Assembly: GCA_049582105.1 (NCBI GenBank)
Contig: JBAUTG010000091.1
Location: forward strand, 13,903-77,902
Length of the DNA stretch: 64,000 bases
Reading direction: 5' to 3'
DNA from: Candidatus Dormiibacterota bacterium
GTDB lineage: Bacteria > Chloroflexota > Dormibacteria > Aeolococcales > Aeolococcaceae
This document shows, piece after piece, positions 1 to 9,408 of the stretch. A program made the position numbers and the translations under genes. The stretch's first letter is position 1; the number at the start of each line of letters is the position of its first letter. Under the pieces are notes generated by a model that was not told the DNA's origin, searched no databases, and saw only the letters and a program-made list of their open reading frames with translations.

Positions 1-49
1 GCGTGCGAGGGCGTCACCGGGCTGGTCGAGTCCATGTGTGCGCAGATGA

Positions 50-1288
50 TCAAAAGAGCTCACGGAACCACCTTGAGAACTTCGCTCCGGCGGCGGGGGC
101 GCCGTCCGAGCTCTTGCCGTTGGAGCGCGAGGGTTTGCGGCCGAGGTTGCTCCGGGCTCCCCAGCGCAGCAGGCCGACCACTGTCGCGTGGCTCGGTCCG
201 CTGATCTCGTCGTTCATGCCGTGCAATCCCTGCGGCGCCGCGACCCGCGCCGGCAGGTTGGTCTGCTGCTGCACCACCTCGGCGAAGCCGCGCAGCATCG
301 CACCGCCGCCGGTGATGACGATGCCTCCCGGGAACATGCCGAGCGGCCCGGCGCGCTCCACCTCGACGGCGATCAGCGATGCCATCTCGCGTGCGCGCGG
401 CCCGATGATCTCGGCGAGATAGCGTTGTGGGACAACGACCGGCTCGTCGTATCCCATCGGCGTCAGCGTCACCTCCGCATCCGCGGGGAGCGTGAGCTGC
501 AGGCAGTGACCGTAGTTGCGTTTCACCATCTCCGCGGTCTCGAGGTCGCATCGCAGCCCGACGGCGAGATCCGCGGTCACGTGGTTGCCACCGACAGGAA
601 CGACGCTCGTGTGCACGATGCTGCCGCGCGCGAAGACGGCGATATCGCTGGTGCCACCGCCGACATCGATGACGACGACCCCGCGCTCGATCTCGTCCTC
701 GGTGACGACCGCCTCCGCGGACGCGAGCACCTGCAACACCATGTCGTCGACGTTGAGCCCGGCCTTGTGGACCACCTTGACGACGTTCTGGATGGCCGTG
801 TTCGCGCCGGTGATGATGTGCGCGTCGACCTCGAGGCGATTGCCCGCCATGCCGATGGCGTCCCGCACCCCCTCCTGCCCGTCGATCGTGAACTGTTGCG
901 GGAGCACGTGGACGATGCGACGCTCGGACGGGACGCTCACCGCGCGGGCAGCGTCGATGGCGCGGTGCACATCCTGATCGCGCACCTCGCGATGCCCCGC
1001 CGCCACCGCGACCACACCGCGGCTGTTCTGGGAGGTGATGTGACCACCCGCGATGCCGACCACGGCGGAGTCGATCGGAACGCCCGACATCTGCTCGGCC
1101 ATGTCGACCGCTTCGGCGACGGCCTCAGCGGCTCGATCGATCTCGACGACGGCGCCCTTGCGAACCCCGCGCGAGGCCACCACACCCACGCCCAGGACTC
1201 GGAGACCGGTGCTTTCCAGGTCCGCTGCGGCGCAGCAGACCTTGGTCGTTCCGATATCGAGTGCGAAAACGCGGCGAGGACGGGTCAC
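50..1288 (-). CDS. ftsA: Cell division protein FtsA (actin-like ATPase)
   Basis: 412-aa ORF with the FtsA/actin-fold layout (FALDIGTTKV N-terminus, phosphate-binding DVGGGTSD motif, C-terminal basic membrane-targeting tail). It sits at the end of the dcw cluster. Stop at 50, so ftsZ is expected just outside the window. Confidence 0.85.
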   Translation of the reverse strand: MTRPRRVFALDIGTTKVCCAAADLESTGLRVLGVGVVASRGVRKGAVVEIDRAAEAVAEAVDMAEQMSGVPIDSAVVGIAGGHITSQNSRGVVAVAAGHREVRDQDVHRAIDAARAVSVPSERRIVHVLPQQFTIDGQEGVRDAIGMAGNRLEVDAHIITGANTAIQNVVKVVHKAGLNVDDMVLQVLASAEAVVTEDEIERGVVVIDVGGGTSDIAVFARGSIVHTSVVPVGGNHVTADLAVGLRCDLETAEMVKRNYGHCLQLTLPADAEVTLTPMGYDEPVVVPQRYLAEIIGPRAREMASLIAVEVERAGPLGMFPGGIVITGGGAMLRGFAEVVQQQTNLPARVAAPQGLHGMNDEISGPSHATVVGLLRWGARSNLGRKPSRSNGKSSDGAPAAGAKFSRWFRELF

Positions 1289-1582
1289 AGGTTCGGTCTC
1301 CGAGTGTAGCCGTCGCGGGTGCGCCCATCAAGGGTTTTCAGGCGCAAAACCGCAAGATGCTGGGTTCGCGCGCCCAGTATGCCACAACATGTTGGTTGCC
1401 TCGGAGAGATGACGCGCCTGTCTGGCCCTCCTGTCCCGGCGGCGGCAGCCGGACGGATGAGCGGGACTCCCCTGACACGAGAACAGGGTCCCGCCACTGC
1501 ACCTGGAAGACGAGACCCTGTACGCCGCGGTCTCGTTCGACCGGCGAGGCTGCGCAACCGTAGCACCGGTCGTCTGCGGCGT

Positions 1583-2656
1583 CTAGGCTTCGCGCGAGGT
1601 CGTCGCCGTGTTCCCCGGCTCGAGGACGATCTTGCCCCGTAGCTCACCGCGAAACATCTCGCCGAAGGCGGACGCGGCATCCGCGAGGCTGTGCGTCGCC
1701 CCGATCAGCGGGCGGAGCGCGCCGGTGGCGCAGAGATCGACGAGACGGCGCAACTCGCCGCGTGTCCCCATCGTCGTCCCGGCGACGGTGAGGCTCCGAA
1801 AGAAGATGCGGTTGAGCTGCGCCGGCGGGTTTAACCCCCCGGTGGCACCCGGGACGACGACCACTCCGCCCGGTTTCACCGCCTTGAGGCTCAGGTCCCA
1901 GGTGGGCTCGCCGACCGTGTCCACCACCGCGTCAACCCCGACGCCTCCTGTCGCGCCGATGAGCGCGCGGGTGGTCTCGCGCTCGAGCGGGAAGGCCGCC
2001 TCGGCGCCGAGGTCCACCGCGAGCGCGCGCTTCGCCGCATCGCGGGAGGTTGCGAAGACGGTGATGCCCGCCAGCCGCGACAGGAGGATGCAGGCGGTCG
2101 CGACGCCACCGCTCGCGCCCTGAACGAGCACGCTCATTCCCGGCCGGAGCGCCGCGCGCGTGAAGAGCGCCCGGTATGCCGTGAGGTAGGCGGTCGGCAG
2201 GCACGCGGCGTCGGGAAAGCTCACCTGGTCGGGAAGCGGGACCAGGTTCTCGCTGGGGATCTCCACGTACTCCGCAAACGCGCCGGCCAGCGGCGGCTCG
2301 CTGAGCATCCGGAAGGATCGGCAGCCGAGCGGCTCGTCGCCGAGGCACGCGGCGCAGTGACCGCAGGTGGTGATGGGATAGACGACGACCCGGGCGCCCA
2401 CCTCGGGCGCCCCCGGAGGCGGATCGCCGCCGTACCCCGCGACCTCCCCGGAGGCGTCGCACCCGAGGATCTGCGGCGGTGTCACCGGGGCGGACGAGAC
2501 ACCCCGAAGCGTCCAGATGTCGTGGTGGTTGAGCGACGCGGCGCGCACCCTCACGAGCGCCCATCCGGGGCGCGGCGACGGTGTGGGCAGGTCGCCGACC
2601 GTCAGATTCGCGAGCGGATCGTCACCGCCGACCGCCGATGCGTATGCCGCAAGCAT
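1583..2656 (-). CDS. Zinc-binding alcohol dehydrogenase / quinone oxidoreductase (MDR superfamily)
   Basis: Internal ATG (MLAAYASAVGG) at 2654-2656 of the longer ORF. GroES-like N-terminal domain with a Cys cluster (CGHCAACLGDEPLGC). Rossmann GxGxxG-type VQGASGGVATACILL motif. Confidence 0.75.
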   Translation of the reverse strand: MLAAYASAVGGDDPLANLTVGDLPTPSPRPGWALVRVRAASLNHHDIWTLRGVSSAPVTPPQILGCDASGEVAGYGGDPPPGAPEVGARVVVYPITTCGHCAACLGDEPLGCRSFRMLSEPPLAGAFAEYVEIPSENLVPLPDQVSFPDAACLPTAYLTAYRALFTRAALRPGMSVLVQGASGGVATACILLSRLAGITVFATSRDAAKRALAVDLGAEAAFPLERETTRALIGATGGVGVDAVVDTVGEPTWDLSLKAVKPGGVVVVPGATGGLNPPAQLNRIFFRSLTVAGTTMGTRGELRRLVDLCATGALRPLIGATHSLADAASAFGEMFRGELRGKIVLEPGNTATTSREA

Positions 2657-2670
2657 CGCGTGACCGTAGC

Positions 2671-3573
2671 ATGGTGCCCGCGATGCGTCTCGACACCGTC
2701 CTCGAAGGGCGCCGGCAGCCGGTCTTCTCGTTCGAGTTCTTCCCACCGAAGACCGACGAAGGCGTTCGCCAGCTCTTCGAAACCATCTCCCACCTCCGCG
2801 AGCTCGAGCCGACGTTCGTCTCCGTGACCTACGGCGCGGGAGGCTCGGTGCGCACGCGCACCGTCGAGCTGGTCGAGCGGATCCGGCGCGAGCTCGACAT
2901 CGAGCCGGTGGCACATCTGACCTGCCTCGACGCCACTGTCGACGAGCTGCGCGAGATCCTCGACGGACTGCGCAGCGCGGGCATCGACAACGTGCTCGCC
3001 CTGCGCGGCGATCCACCTGACGGCGCGGGGCGTTTCGTGGCCACCGACGGCGGTCTCGCGCACGGCAGCGACCTCATCGAGGTGATCACCGCCGCATACC
3101 CGTTCTGCGTCGGCGGCGCGTGCTATCCGGAGAAGCATCCGGAGTCGGCGAGCACCGACGACGACGTTCGTTCCGCCAAGCTCAAGGAGGACGCCGGAGC
3201 GAGCTACCTCATCACGCAGCTCTTCTTCGACAACAGCTGCTACTTCGATTTCGTCGCGAGAGCCCGCGCTGCGGGCGTGACGGTGCCGATCATCCCCGGG
3301 ATCATGCCCGTGACCAACGTGAGCCAGATCGCTCGTTTCACGCAGAAGATCGGCGCGACGATCCCCGAGCCGCTGATGCTCGCGCTGCGCTCGCGCGAAG
3401 CGGACCCGGAGGCGGTCCTTCAGCTCGGCGTCGCCTGGGCGACGCTGCAGTGCGCGGAGTTGCTCGCGGGCGGCGCCCCCGGGGTGCACTTCTGCACGAT
3501 GAATCGCTCACCCGCGACCCGGGCGATCCTCTCCGCGCTGCGTGCCGCGCGTCCCTGGGACCGGGTTCGTTAG
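2671..3573 (+). CDS. metF: 5,10-methylenetetrahydrofolate reductase
   Basis: FSFEFFPPKT N-terminal motif, SVTYGAGGS and TCMNRSP motifs typical of MetF. The start is ATG 2671 or ATG 2683, divergent from the oxidoreductase with <30 bp between the two start codons. Confidence 0.85.
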   Translation: MVPAMRLDTVLEGRRQPVFSFEFFPPKTDEGVRQLFETISHLRELEPTFVSVTYGAGGSVRTRTVELVERIRRELDIEPVAHLTCLDATVDELREILDGLRSAGIDNVLALRGDPPDGAGRFVATDGGLAHGSDLIEVITAAYPFCVGGACYPEKHPESASTDDDVRSAKLKEDAGASYLITQLFFDNSCYFDFVARARAAGVTVPIIPGIMPVTNVSQIARFTQKIGATIPEPLMLALRSREADPEAVLQLGVAWATLQCAELLAGGAPGVHFCTMNRSPATRAILSALRAARPWDRVR

Positions 3574-3585
3574 CTCGTCACGACG

Positions 3586-4710
3586 TCAGGGCGGCGGGGA
3601 CGGCGAGGGCGACGGTGATGGCGACGGTTTGGGGCTGACGGTCACCGTTCCGGCGGTCGGGCTGCCGCTCGGCGAAGGGGACGGACTCGGTGTCGGCTGG
3701 GGGGTCGGCGGTGCCACCGCTGACTGAGCGGGCGGGGGCTGGACCGAGGGTGCGACCGGCAGGAGCGCGGCACGCACCTCGGTGGGGAGTCCCGGCACCC
3801 CGCCGCTCACGGGATCGCCGGGTGCCTCGACGTCGAGGTAGCCGAAGGTGGGCCGCGCGAAGTTGAGCCGCCGTTTGAGCGCCGCCATGGTCTCGATCTG
3901 CCGGGGCAGCAGTTGCAGTGCCGCCTCCGTGTCGAGCGGGCCGAGCACCGCGCGCCACCCGCTGCTCGTCCAGAGGCTCACGACGTCGTCGGCACCCCAG
4001 AGATAGGCGGCCACCGCGCAGCCGAAGACCGAGGGGAATCGCTGCGCGACCGTGCTCAGCAGTTGCACCAGCTGCGGGTTGAGCGCTTGCGGTGACCCTG
4101 CGCGGTCGTCGATGAGGACCGGGACATCGCTGCTCGCGGTCGGGGTCGCGTCGATCCCGGGAAGCGTCGCGCCATTGGCTGCGACGAGCGTGTCCGCGCC
4201 GTCGCGACGGACGCGGAGCATCGGAGCGCGTTCGACGATGTTGATGCGAACCGTGGCCGGGAGTTGCGTCGTGACCATCGCACTCGCCACCCAGGGCAGC
4301 GCGAGCACACGGCTCTGGATTGCGGCGCCGTTGATGGTGAAGATGCTCACCTCAGGCACCTCGGCGGCTGCGACGACGGCGCTCGTCGTGACCAGGTGCG
4401 CGCCGACCACGGTCACCTGGCGCACCTGGAAGGTGGGGAGCGTCAGCACGAGCGCGAGCGCTGTCATCTGCACCGCAAGAGCGGCACCCGCGATCGCCCG
4501 GCGCTTCCAGGAGATCCGCCGGCGCGCGACCGGCGGCGACGGAGCCGGCCCGCGTCGCGAATGGCGGCGTTTGCGCGGCGAAGCTTGAAGCTTCGTGCCC
4601 GGATTGGTCGCGAAACGCCGCGCCGGCCGGGCGGCGTCGACGATGAGCGACGCCTGGGCACGGACGAGGGCGACGTGGCGTGCCTGCTCGTCGAGCACGT
4701 CGGTGCTCAC
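3586..4710 (-). CDS. ftsQ: Cell division protein FtsQ/DivIB (POTRA domain) with Pro/Ser-rich C-terminal tail
   Basis: A single TM helix (AIAGAALAVQMTALALVLTL) is followed by a POTRA-like region (QVTVVGAHLVTTSAV...). It lies directly downstream of the murF-like gene. The start is uncertain (GTG ~4710). The upstream part of the ORF overlaps the murF-like stop. Confidence 0.7.
   Translation of the reverse strand: MSTDVLDEQARHVALVRAQASLIVDAARPARRFATNPGTKLQASPRKRRHSRRGPAPSPPVARRRISWKRRAIAGAALAVQMTALALVLTLPTFQVRQVTVVGAHLVTTSAVVAAAEVPEVSIFTINGAAIQSRVLALPWVASAMVTTQLPATVRINIVERAPMLRVRRDGADTLVAANGATLPGIDATPTASSDVPVLIDDRAGSPQALNPQLVQLLSTVAQRFPSVFGCAVAAYLWGADDVVSLWTSSGWRAVLGPLDTEAALQLLPRQIETMAALKRRLNFARPTFGYLDVEAPGDPVSGGVPGLPTEVRAALLPVAPSVQPPPAQSAVAPPTPQPTPSPSPSPSGSPTAGTVTVSPKPSPSPSPSPSPPP
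3590..3720. repeat. Short tandem GGCGAGGGCGACGG-like DNA repeats encoding the (PS)n low-complexity tail of FtsQ
   Basis: The sequence ggcgagggcgacggtgatggcgacgg... is visible directly. It translates to PSPSPSPSPSPPP on the minus strand and GEGDGDGDG on the plus strand. Confidence 0.5.
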
Positions 4711-4798
4711 GAGGCGTGCGCGGTACGGGAGGGGCAGTGCATCAACGCAAGGTGGGACGTGAAGTGGAACGTTGCGGCCGCACGGGGGCCCGGGCCGA

Positions 4799-6490
4799 TT
4801 ATCCCCCAGGCGAAGCCGGCGTGACCGGTCTGACGCGTATTCCCGCAGCAGGGAGATAGGTATCCGGGAGGTCGTTGGCAAAGAGGACGACATCGCCGGG
4901 TTTCGAGAGCTGCTGGAGCAGCGCTGTCGCCTCCTCGAGCGAGTCGACGACGTGGATCCGCTCCTCCGGCAGCCCGCCGTCGCGAAGCCCGGCGCACAGC
5001 GCCGCGCTCGTCTTGGCGGACATGACGATCACGTGGTCGCACACCCCGGCGGCGTGCTCGCCGTACCGCCGATTCTCCTCGTCCTCCACGCTGCCGAGTT
5101 CGACGAGCCCGGGCGTGACCAGGAACTTCGCGCCGCCGGTCATCGCCGCAAGCACCTCGAGCCCGTTGTGCACCCCGACCGGGTTGGCGTTGTACGAGTC
5201 GTCGATCACGGTCATCGGGCCTGCGGTGGCCATCAGCTCGAGGCGGTGTTCGATCTGCTGCAGCCGCGCGGCGCCGGCAATCGCCGCATCGACCGGGTAG
5301 CCGAGGACGTGCACCGCCACAAGCGCCGCGCTGACGTTCGCGACCTGGTGGCGACCGAGCAGCGGAATGGTCACCCCACGGTCGAGGCCTTCTGCCTCCC
5401 ATCGCCACCGGAACCTCGCGCCGTGCGAGTCGACGACGATCGCCGATGCCACCACCTCGGCGTCGGCGGCAGACGCGTCTCCCTCGAGGGCGTAGCGAAT
5501 GCAACGGCGTTCCTCCCCGGCGGCGCGCTGCGCGAGCTGCACACCCGAGTCGTCGCCCGTGTATACGATCGACGCTCCATCGGCGGGCAGCGCATGGACG
5601 ACCTCGTACATCGCGTCGCCGATGCGGTCGAGCGTCCCGAAGCGTTCCATGTGCTGCGGTCCAATCGCGGTGACGATCGCGATCCGGGGGTGCACGAGGT
5701 CGCTGATCGCCGCGATCTCGCCTTCCGCGTACGCGTCCATCTCGACGACGAAGACGCGATGCTCCGGCATCAGATCCTCGTTGATCGCCCGGCTCACGCC
5801 CATCAGCGTGTTGAAGCTCTTGCGGGTGGGCAGCGTGCTGACGCTCGGCTGCAGCAGCTGCGCGAGGATGTGCTTGGTGCTGGTCTTGCCGAAGCTCCCC
5901 ACCACTGCCACGACGATCGGATCAATGCGCGAGAGCTTCGTTCGCGCAAGCGACAGATAGTGCTTGCGGATCTGCGCCTCCGCGGGCTTCGTGACGACAT
6001 TGGCAGCAACCAGCACGACGTCGCTCAGGCTCGTGACCAGTCCCGCTGCGATCAGCACGAGCACGACCGAGACGATCGGGTTGGCCGCGACGATGCCGAG
6101 CGCGACGCCGGCGGCCAGGATGACGGCGAGGAACCCGCCGGCGATGAGGAGCCGACGCATGCGTGCGGTCATCACGAGCGGTCGCTTCGGAGCAGTCCAG
6201 CGCCATGTCAGCTGCGCCGCCGCGCCGGACGCGAGCCACGCCACGGCAATCGCGATGTCGCGTGCCGGAGGGAGCACCACCGCGACGCTGAGGGCGACGA
6301 CTCCAACGCCCAGCCCGAGCCAGACCGCACGGTGCGCAATCCACTCGCGAGTGAGCCCCCATCGCAGGAACCGGATCGACTCGTACTCCTCGATCTGGAA
6401 CATGCGCGCCGCGACCAGGATGATGCGCGCGACCAGCACCAGCCAGACGATCGCGGCCACCGCGACGAGCGGGCCGAGCAGCGGGTTCAT
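4799..6490 (-). CDS. murF: MurF-like UDP-MurNAc-tripeptide--D-Ala-D-Ala ligase with a ~190-aa N-terminal multi-pass membrane domain
   Basis: P-loop VVGSFGKTSTK, Mur-ligase central and C-terminal domains, and the MurF-diagnostic DDSYNANP motif. The N-terminus has 4-5 predicted TM helices in place of the usual MurF N-domain. The ATG at 6488-6490 overlaps the upstream hydrolase stop (ATGA). Confidence 0.65.
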   Translation of the reverse strand: MNPLLGPLVAVAAIVWLVLVARIILVAARMFQIEEYESIRFLRWGLTREWIAHRAVWLGLGVGVVALSVAVVLPPARDIAIAVAWLASGAAAQLTWRWTAPKRPLVMTARMRRLLIAGGFLAVILAAGVALGIVAANPIVSVVLVLIAAGLVTSLSDVVLVAANVVTKPAEAQIRKHYLSLARTKLSRIDPIVVAVVGSFGKTSTKHILAQLLQPSVSTLPTRKSFNTLMGVSRAINEDLMPEHRVFVVEMDAYAEGEIAAISDLVHPRIAIVTAIGPQHMERFGTLDRIGDAMYEVVHALPADGASIVYTGDDSGVQLAQRAAGEERRCIRYALEGDASAADAEVVASAIVVDSHGARFRWRWEAEGLDRGVTIPLLGRHQVANVSAALVAVHVLGYPVDAAIAGAARLQQIEHRLELMATAGPMTVIDDSYNANPVGVHNGLEVLAAMTGGAKFLVTPGLVELGSVEDEENRRYGEHAAGVCDHVIVMSAKTSAALCAGLRDGGLPEERIHVVDSLEEATALLQQLSKPGDVVLFANDLPDTYLPAAGIRVRPVTPASPGG

Positions 6491-7287
6491 TCGCCTCCCT
6501 CATGCGGGGATCCATGGAGGAATACCTCGACGATCCGGCAGAAGCGGTCCGGCTGCTCGAGATAGGCGTAGTGACCGGCGCCCTCGAACACGACGAGCCC
6601 CGCGTCCGGGATCAGCTGTTCCATCAGGCGTCCATCGTCGATCGGCGTCTCGGTGTCCCGGTCGCCCCAGATGAGGAGCACGGGGATGCGCAGGTCCGGG
6701 AGCATCCCGCGCAGATCCTCGTTCACGATGCGGACGAGCGTGCCGCGCATCGTCCCGGAGACGGCCCGGTAGTCAGCGGACCCGCGAAGGTCGGCCCTGC
6801 GGCCGGCCGTGTGGCGGATCCCGGCGGGGAGGGCTCCCGAACGCTCGATGGCGCGAAGCGCCTTGTACGTCCGGACCCGGGCGGCGCCGCGCAACGTCCG
6901 GCGGGGCCGGATCCCCGCGCTCCCGGCGAGCACCATCCGGTCGACCCTCCCCGGATGCTCGGCGGCGATGACGATCCCGATCCGTCCGCCGTTGGAGTGG
7001 CCGATCAGGTCGCAGTGCTCCACACCGAGATGGTCGAGCAGCGCGATGCACCAGTCCGCGTATTCGTGCACCGACCACGGTGCGTCCGGCTCCGGGGTCG
7101 CGCCGAAGCCGGGAAGATCGGGGACGATGAGACGCCGCCCCGGCTGGAGCGCGTCGAGGATCGGGGCGAAGAGCTCCGAGGACACGCCCCACCCATGGAG
7201 GAGGAGCAGCGGCCGTCCACTGCCTCGGATGTCAACGTGCGCAACCGGAACCTCGACTGCGGCACCGCCGTTGTTCACCCGCTCCCC
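6487..7287 (-). CDS. Alpha/beta-fold hydrolase
   Basis: HGWG oxyanion motif, GHSNGG nucleophile elbow and C-terminal His. The start is probably GTG ~7287, because the longer ORF would overlap ddl. It is embedded between ddl and the murF-like gene. Confidence 0.6.
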   Translation of the reverse strand, partial: GERVNNGGAAVEVPVAHVDIRGSGRPLLLLHGWGVSSELFAPILDALQPGRRLIVPDLPGFGATPEPDAPWSVHEYADWCIALLDHLGVEHCDLIGHSNGGRIGIVIAAEHPGRVDRMVLAGSAGIRPRRTLRGAARVRTYKALRAIERSGALPAGIRHTAGRRADLRGSADYRAVSGTMRGTLVRIVNEDLRGMLPDLRIPVLLIWGDRDTETPIDDGRLMEQLIPDAGLVVFEGAGHYAYLEQPDRFCRIVEVFLHGSPHEGGE

Positions 7288-7301
7288 GCTCGGATCGGCG
7301 T

Positions 7302-8501
7302 TCAGCCCGGCCTGCCGGTGAGCAGCCACGTGTCGATCGAGGACGTCGTTGCCCGCTGCTCGCGGTGACGCGCGAACGCCATGTCCACGAGGCGGTTCAG
7401 GAGCACGTCGAAATGCATGCCGGACGCCTCCCAGAGATAGAACGAGAGCGACCCGGGAAGCGTGTTCAACTCGTTGACGAGAAACGAGTCGTGTTCCGGT
7501 GAGACGAGGAAGTCGACACGCGCCACGCCGGCGGCGCCGATCGCCCGGAACGCCGACATCGCCGCCTCCTGGATGCGTTTCGTGAGCGTGTCGGAGATGG
7601 GCGCGGGGATGAGGCGCTGCGAGCTCTTCATGCCCGTCGCCGGCCCCTTGACACCGCCCTTCCCCTTGGCGCCGCTCAGGTATTTGTCTGCGTAGCTGAG
7701 CGTTCCCGAGCTCACCGGCTGCTCGCACACGGAGACCTGGACGTCGTCGCCCTGCCCGAGCACCGAGCAGTTGATCTCGATGATCCCCTCCTGCGCGGCC
7801 TCGGCGAGCACTGAGGTGTCGTATCGAAACGCGACGTCGAGCGCATCACGAAGCTGCTCGTGCGACTCGACGCGCGCGACCCCGATGCTGGATCCGAGGC
7901 GTCGGGGTTTCACGTACATCGGGAACCCCGGGGTGTGCTCGAGCTCCGTGCACACCGTGTCCGCGGACTCGGTCCACCGCGTGCGTCCAACAGCGACATC
8001 GTCGAGCACGGGAAGGCCCGCGCCACGAAGGGTCGTGCGCGCCAGCCGCTTGTCCATGCTGACGGCTGCCGACACGACGTCACATCCGCAGTACGGGATG
8101 CCGGCAAGCTCGAACAGCCCTTGCAGGGTCCCGTCCTCCCCGTTCGAGCCGTGCACGAGCGGCATCGCAACATCGAAGCGCGAGACCGAACGCGGTGCGC
8201 CGCCGAGCAGCCCGCGCCTCACCTCGACCTCGAAGAGCTCCCCGGCAGAGTCGGGCTCGGGCCGCATGGTGACGCGTGTCGACGCTGCGATCAATCGGTC
8301 GATGTCCTTGTAGCGATCGAGCTGGAGGAGCGCATCACCGGTGTACCAGGCACCTGTCTTCGCGATGTACACGGGAATGGGGATCATCCGCTCGGCCGGC
8401 ATCGCGGCCATCGCCTGCTGCGCGGTGATCACCGACACCTCGTGCTCGACCGACCGGCTCCCGAAGAAGACGCCGACGCGGATGCGCTCAGCCACCCGCA
8501 A
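7302..8501 (-). CDS. ddl: D-alanine--D-alanine ligase
   Basis: ATP-grasp fold and N-terminal VGVFFGSRSVEHEVS motif typical of Ddl. Position after murB in the dcw cluster. Confidence 0.85.
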   Translation of the reverse strand: MRVAERIRVGVFFGSRSVEHEVSVITAQQAMAAMPAERMIPIPVYIAKTGAWYTGDALLQLDRYKDIDRLIAASTRVTMRPEPDSAGELFEVEVRRGLLGGAPRSVSRFDVAMPLVHGSNGEDGTLQGLFELAGIPYCGCDVVSAAVSMDKRLARTTLRGAGLPVLDDVAVGRTRWTESADTVCTELEHTPGFPMYVKPRRLGSSIGVARVESHEQLRDALDVAFRYDTSVLAEAAQEGIIEINCSVLGQGDDVQVSVCEQPVSSGTLSYADKYLSGAKGKGGVKGPATGMKSSQRLIPAPISDTLTKRIQEAAMSAFRAIGAAGVARVDFLVSPEHDSFLVNELNTLPGSLSFYLWEASGMHFDVLLNRLVDMAFARHREQRATTSSIDTWLLTGRPG

Positions 8502-9408
8502 CCTCCTGTCCCGGGGTGCCGATCAGGATGATCTCGCGCTCGAGATCGACGCCGAACTGCTGCTGCACCGCATCGTGCGCAGCGGCGACGAGCGTCAGCA
8601 CGTCGGCGGCGCTCGCATGATCGACGTTCACGATGAAGTTGGCGTGCTTCGGTGAGATCTGCGCCCCACCGGATCTCCGGCCTTTCATACCGGCCGCTTC
8701 GACGAGCCTGCCGGCCTTGTCGTCCGGTGGATTCTTGAAGACGCTTCCGAGGCTTCGGACCCCATACGGTTGCGATGCCTTGCGCTGCGCCTGCACCGCA
8801 TCGGTGCGCTCGCGCACGAGCGCCGGGTCGTCGGGATGCACACGAAGCCGCGCACTGACGACGACGTGGTCGCTCAGGTCGTCCTTGAACCGTGAGTGAC
8901 GGTACGAGAACCCGCACTCCGCGACGGTGAGCCTCACGGTCCGTCCTCCCAGGTCGAGGGCGGCGCAGTCGATGAGCACATCGGCCATCTCGGTCCCGAA
9001 CGCACCGGCGTTGCCGTACACGCTCGCGCCGCACGTACCCGGCACGCCGATGCCGAACTCGAGTCCGGCGAGGCCGCGCTTCGCGCAGTCGAGCGCGACG
9101 CGCGGCATCATGCAGCCGCCGCCGAGGCGGACCGTGTGCTCGTCCTCAACGTGCAGCGTGCGGTCGTCATGACGAATGACCAGCCCCTGAATGCCCGCAT
9201 CGCTGATGAGCGTATTGCTCCCCGCACCGAGCATGGTCACCGGGACTCCCGATTCGCTGCAGAGCCTGAGCAGCGTCGCGAGGGACGCCGTGTCACGGGT
9301 CGTCGTGAACCACTGCGCAGGGCCACCGACTCCGAACTGGCTGTGCCGCGCGAGCGGCTCGTTCGCGCGCACGCCGGGATACGTGGCGAGCCACTCATCC
9401 GCGGACAC
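8488..9408 (-). CDS. murB: UDP-N-acetylenolpyruvoylglucosamine reductase
   Basis: FAD-binding domain (FGVGGPA motif) and MurB C-terminal domain. Overlaps ddl by 14 nt. Confidence 0.85.
   Translation of the reverse strand: MSADEWLATYPGVRANEPLARHSQFGVGGPAQWFTTTRDTASLATLLRLCSESGVPVTMLGAGSNTLISDAGIQGLVIRHDDRTLHVEDEHTVRLGGGCMMPRVALDCAKRGLAGLEFGIGVPGTCGASVYGNAGAFGTEMADVLIDCAALDLGGRTVRLTVAECGFSYRHSRFKDDLSDHVVVSARLRVHPDDPALVRERTDAVQAQRKASQPYGVRSLGSVFKNPPDDKAGRLVEAAGMKGRRSGGAQISPKHANFIVNVDHASAADVLTLVAAAHDAVQQQFGVDLEREIILIGTPGQEVAGG

Noticed and set aside
3-422. 139-aa plus-strand ORF at window start
   Set aside because: Antisense to the well-supported ftsA C-terminus. Arg/Pro-rich translation typical of a spurious high-GC frame.
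188-1309. 373-aa plus-strand ORF antisense to ftsA, and similar long antisense ORFs (e.g. 4772-6565, 12710-13882, 15506-16402, 26146-28173, 40050-42086, 45303-46121, 48488-49714)
   Set aside because: In ~70% GC DNA stop codons are rare in all frames. These ORFs lie opposite genes with strong family motifs, have Arg/Ala/Gly-rich low-complexity translations, and show no recognisable domains.
3542-3727. 61-aa plus-strand ORF encoding GEGDGDGDG repeats
   Set aside because: It is the antisense reading of the FtsQ (PS)n tail repeat, not an independent gene.
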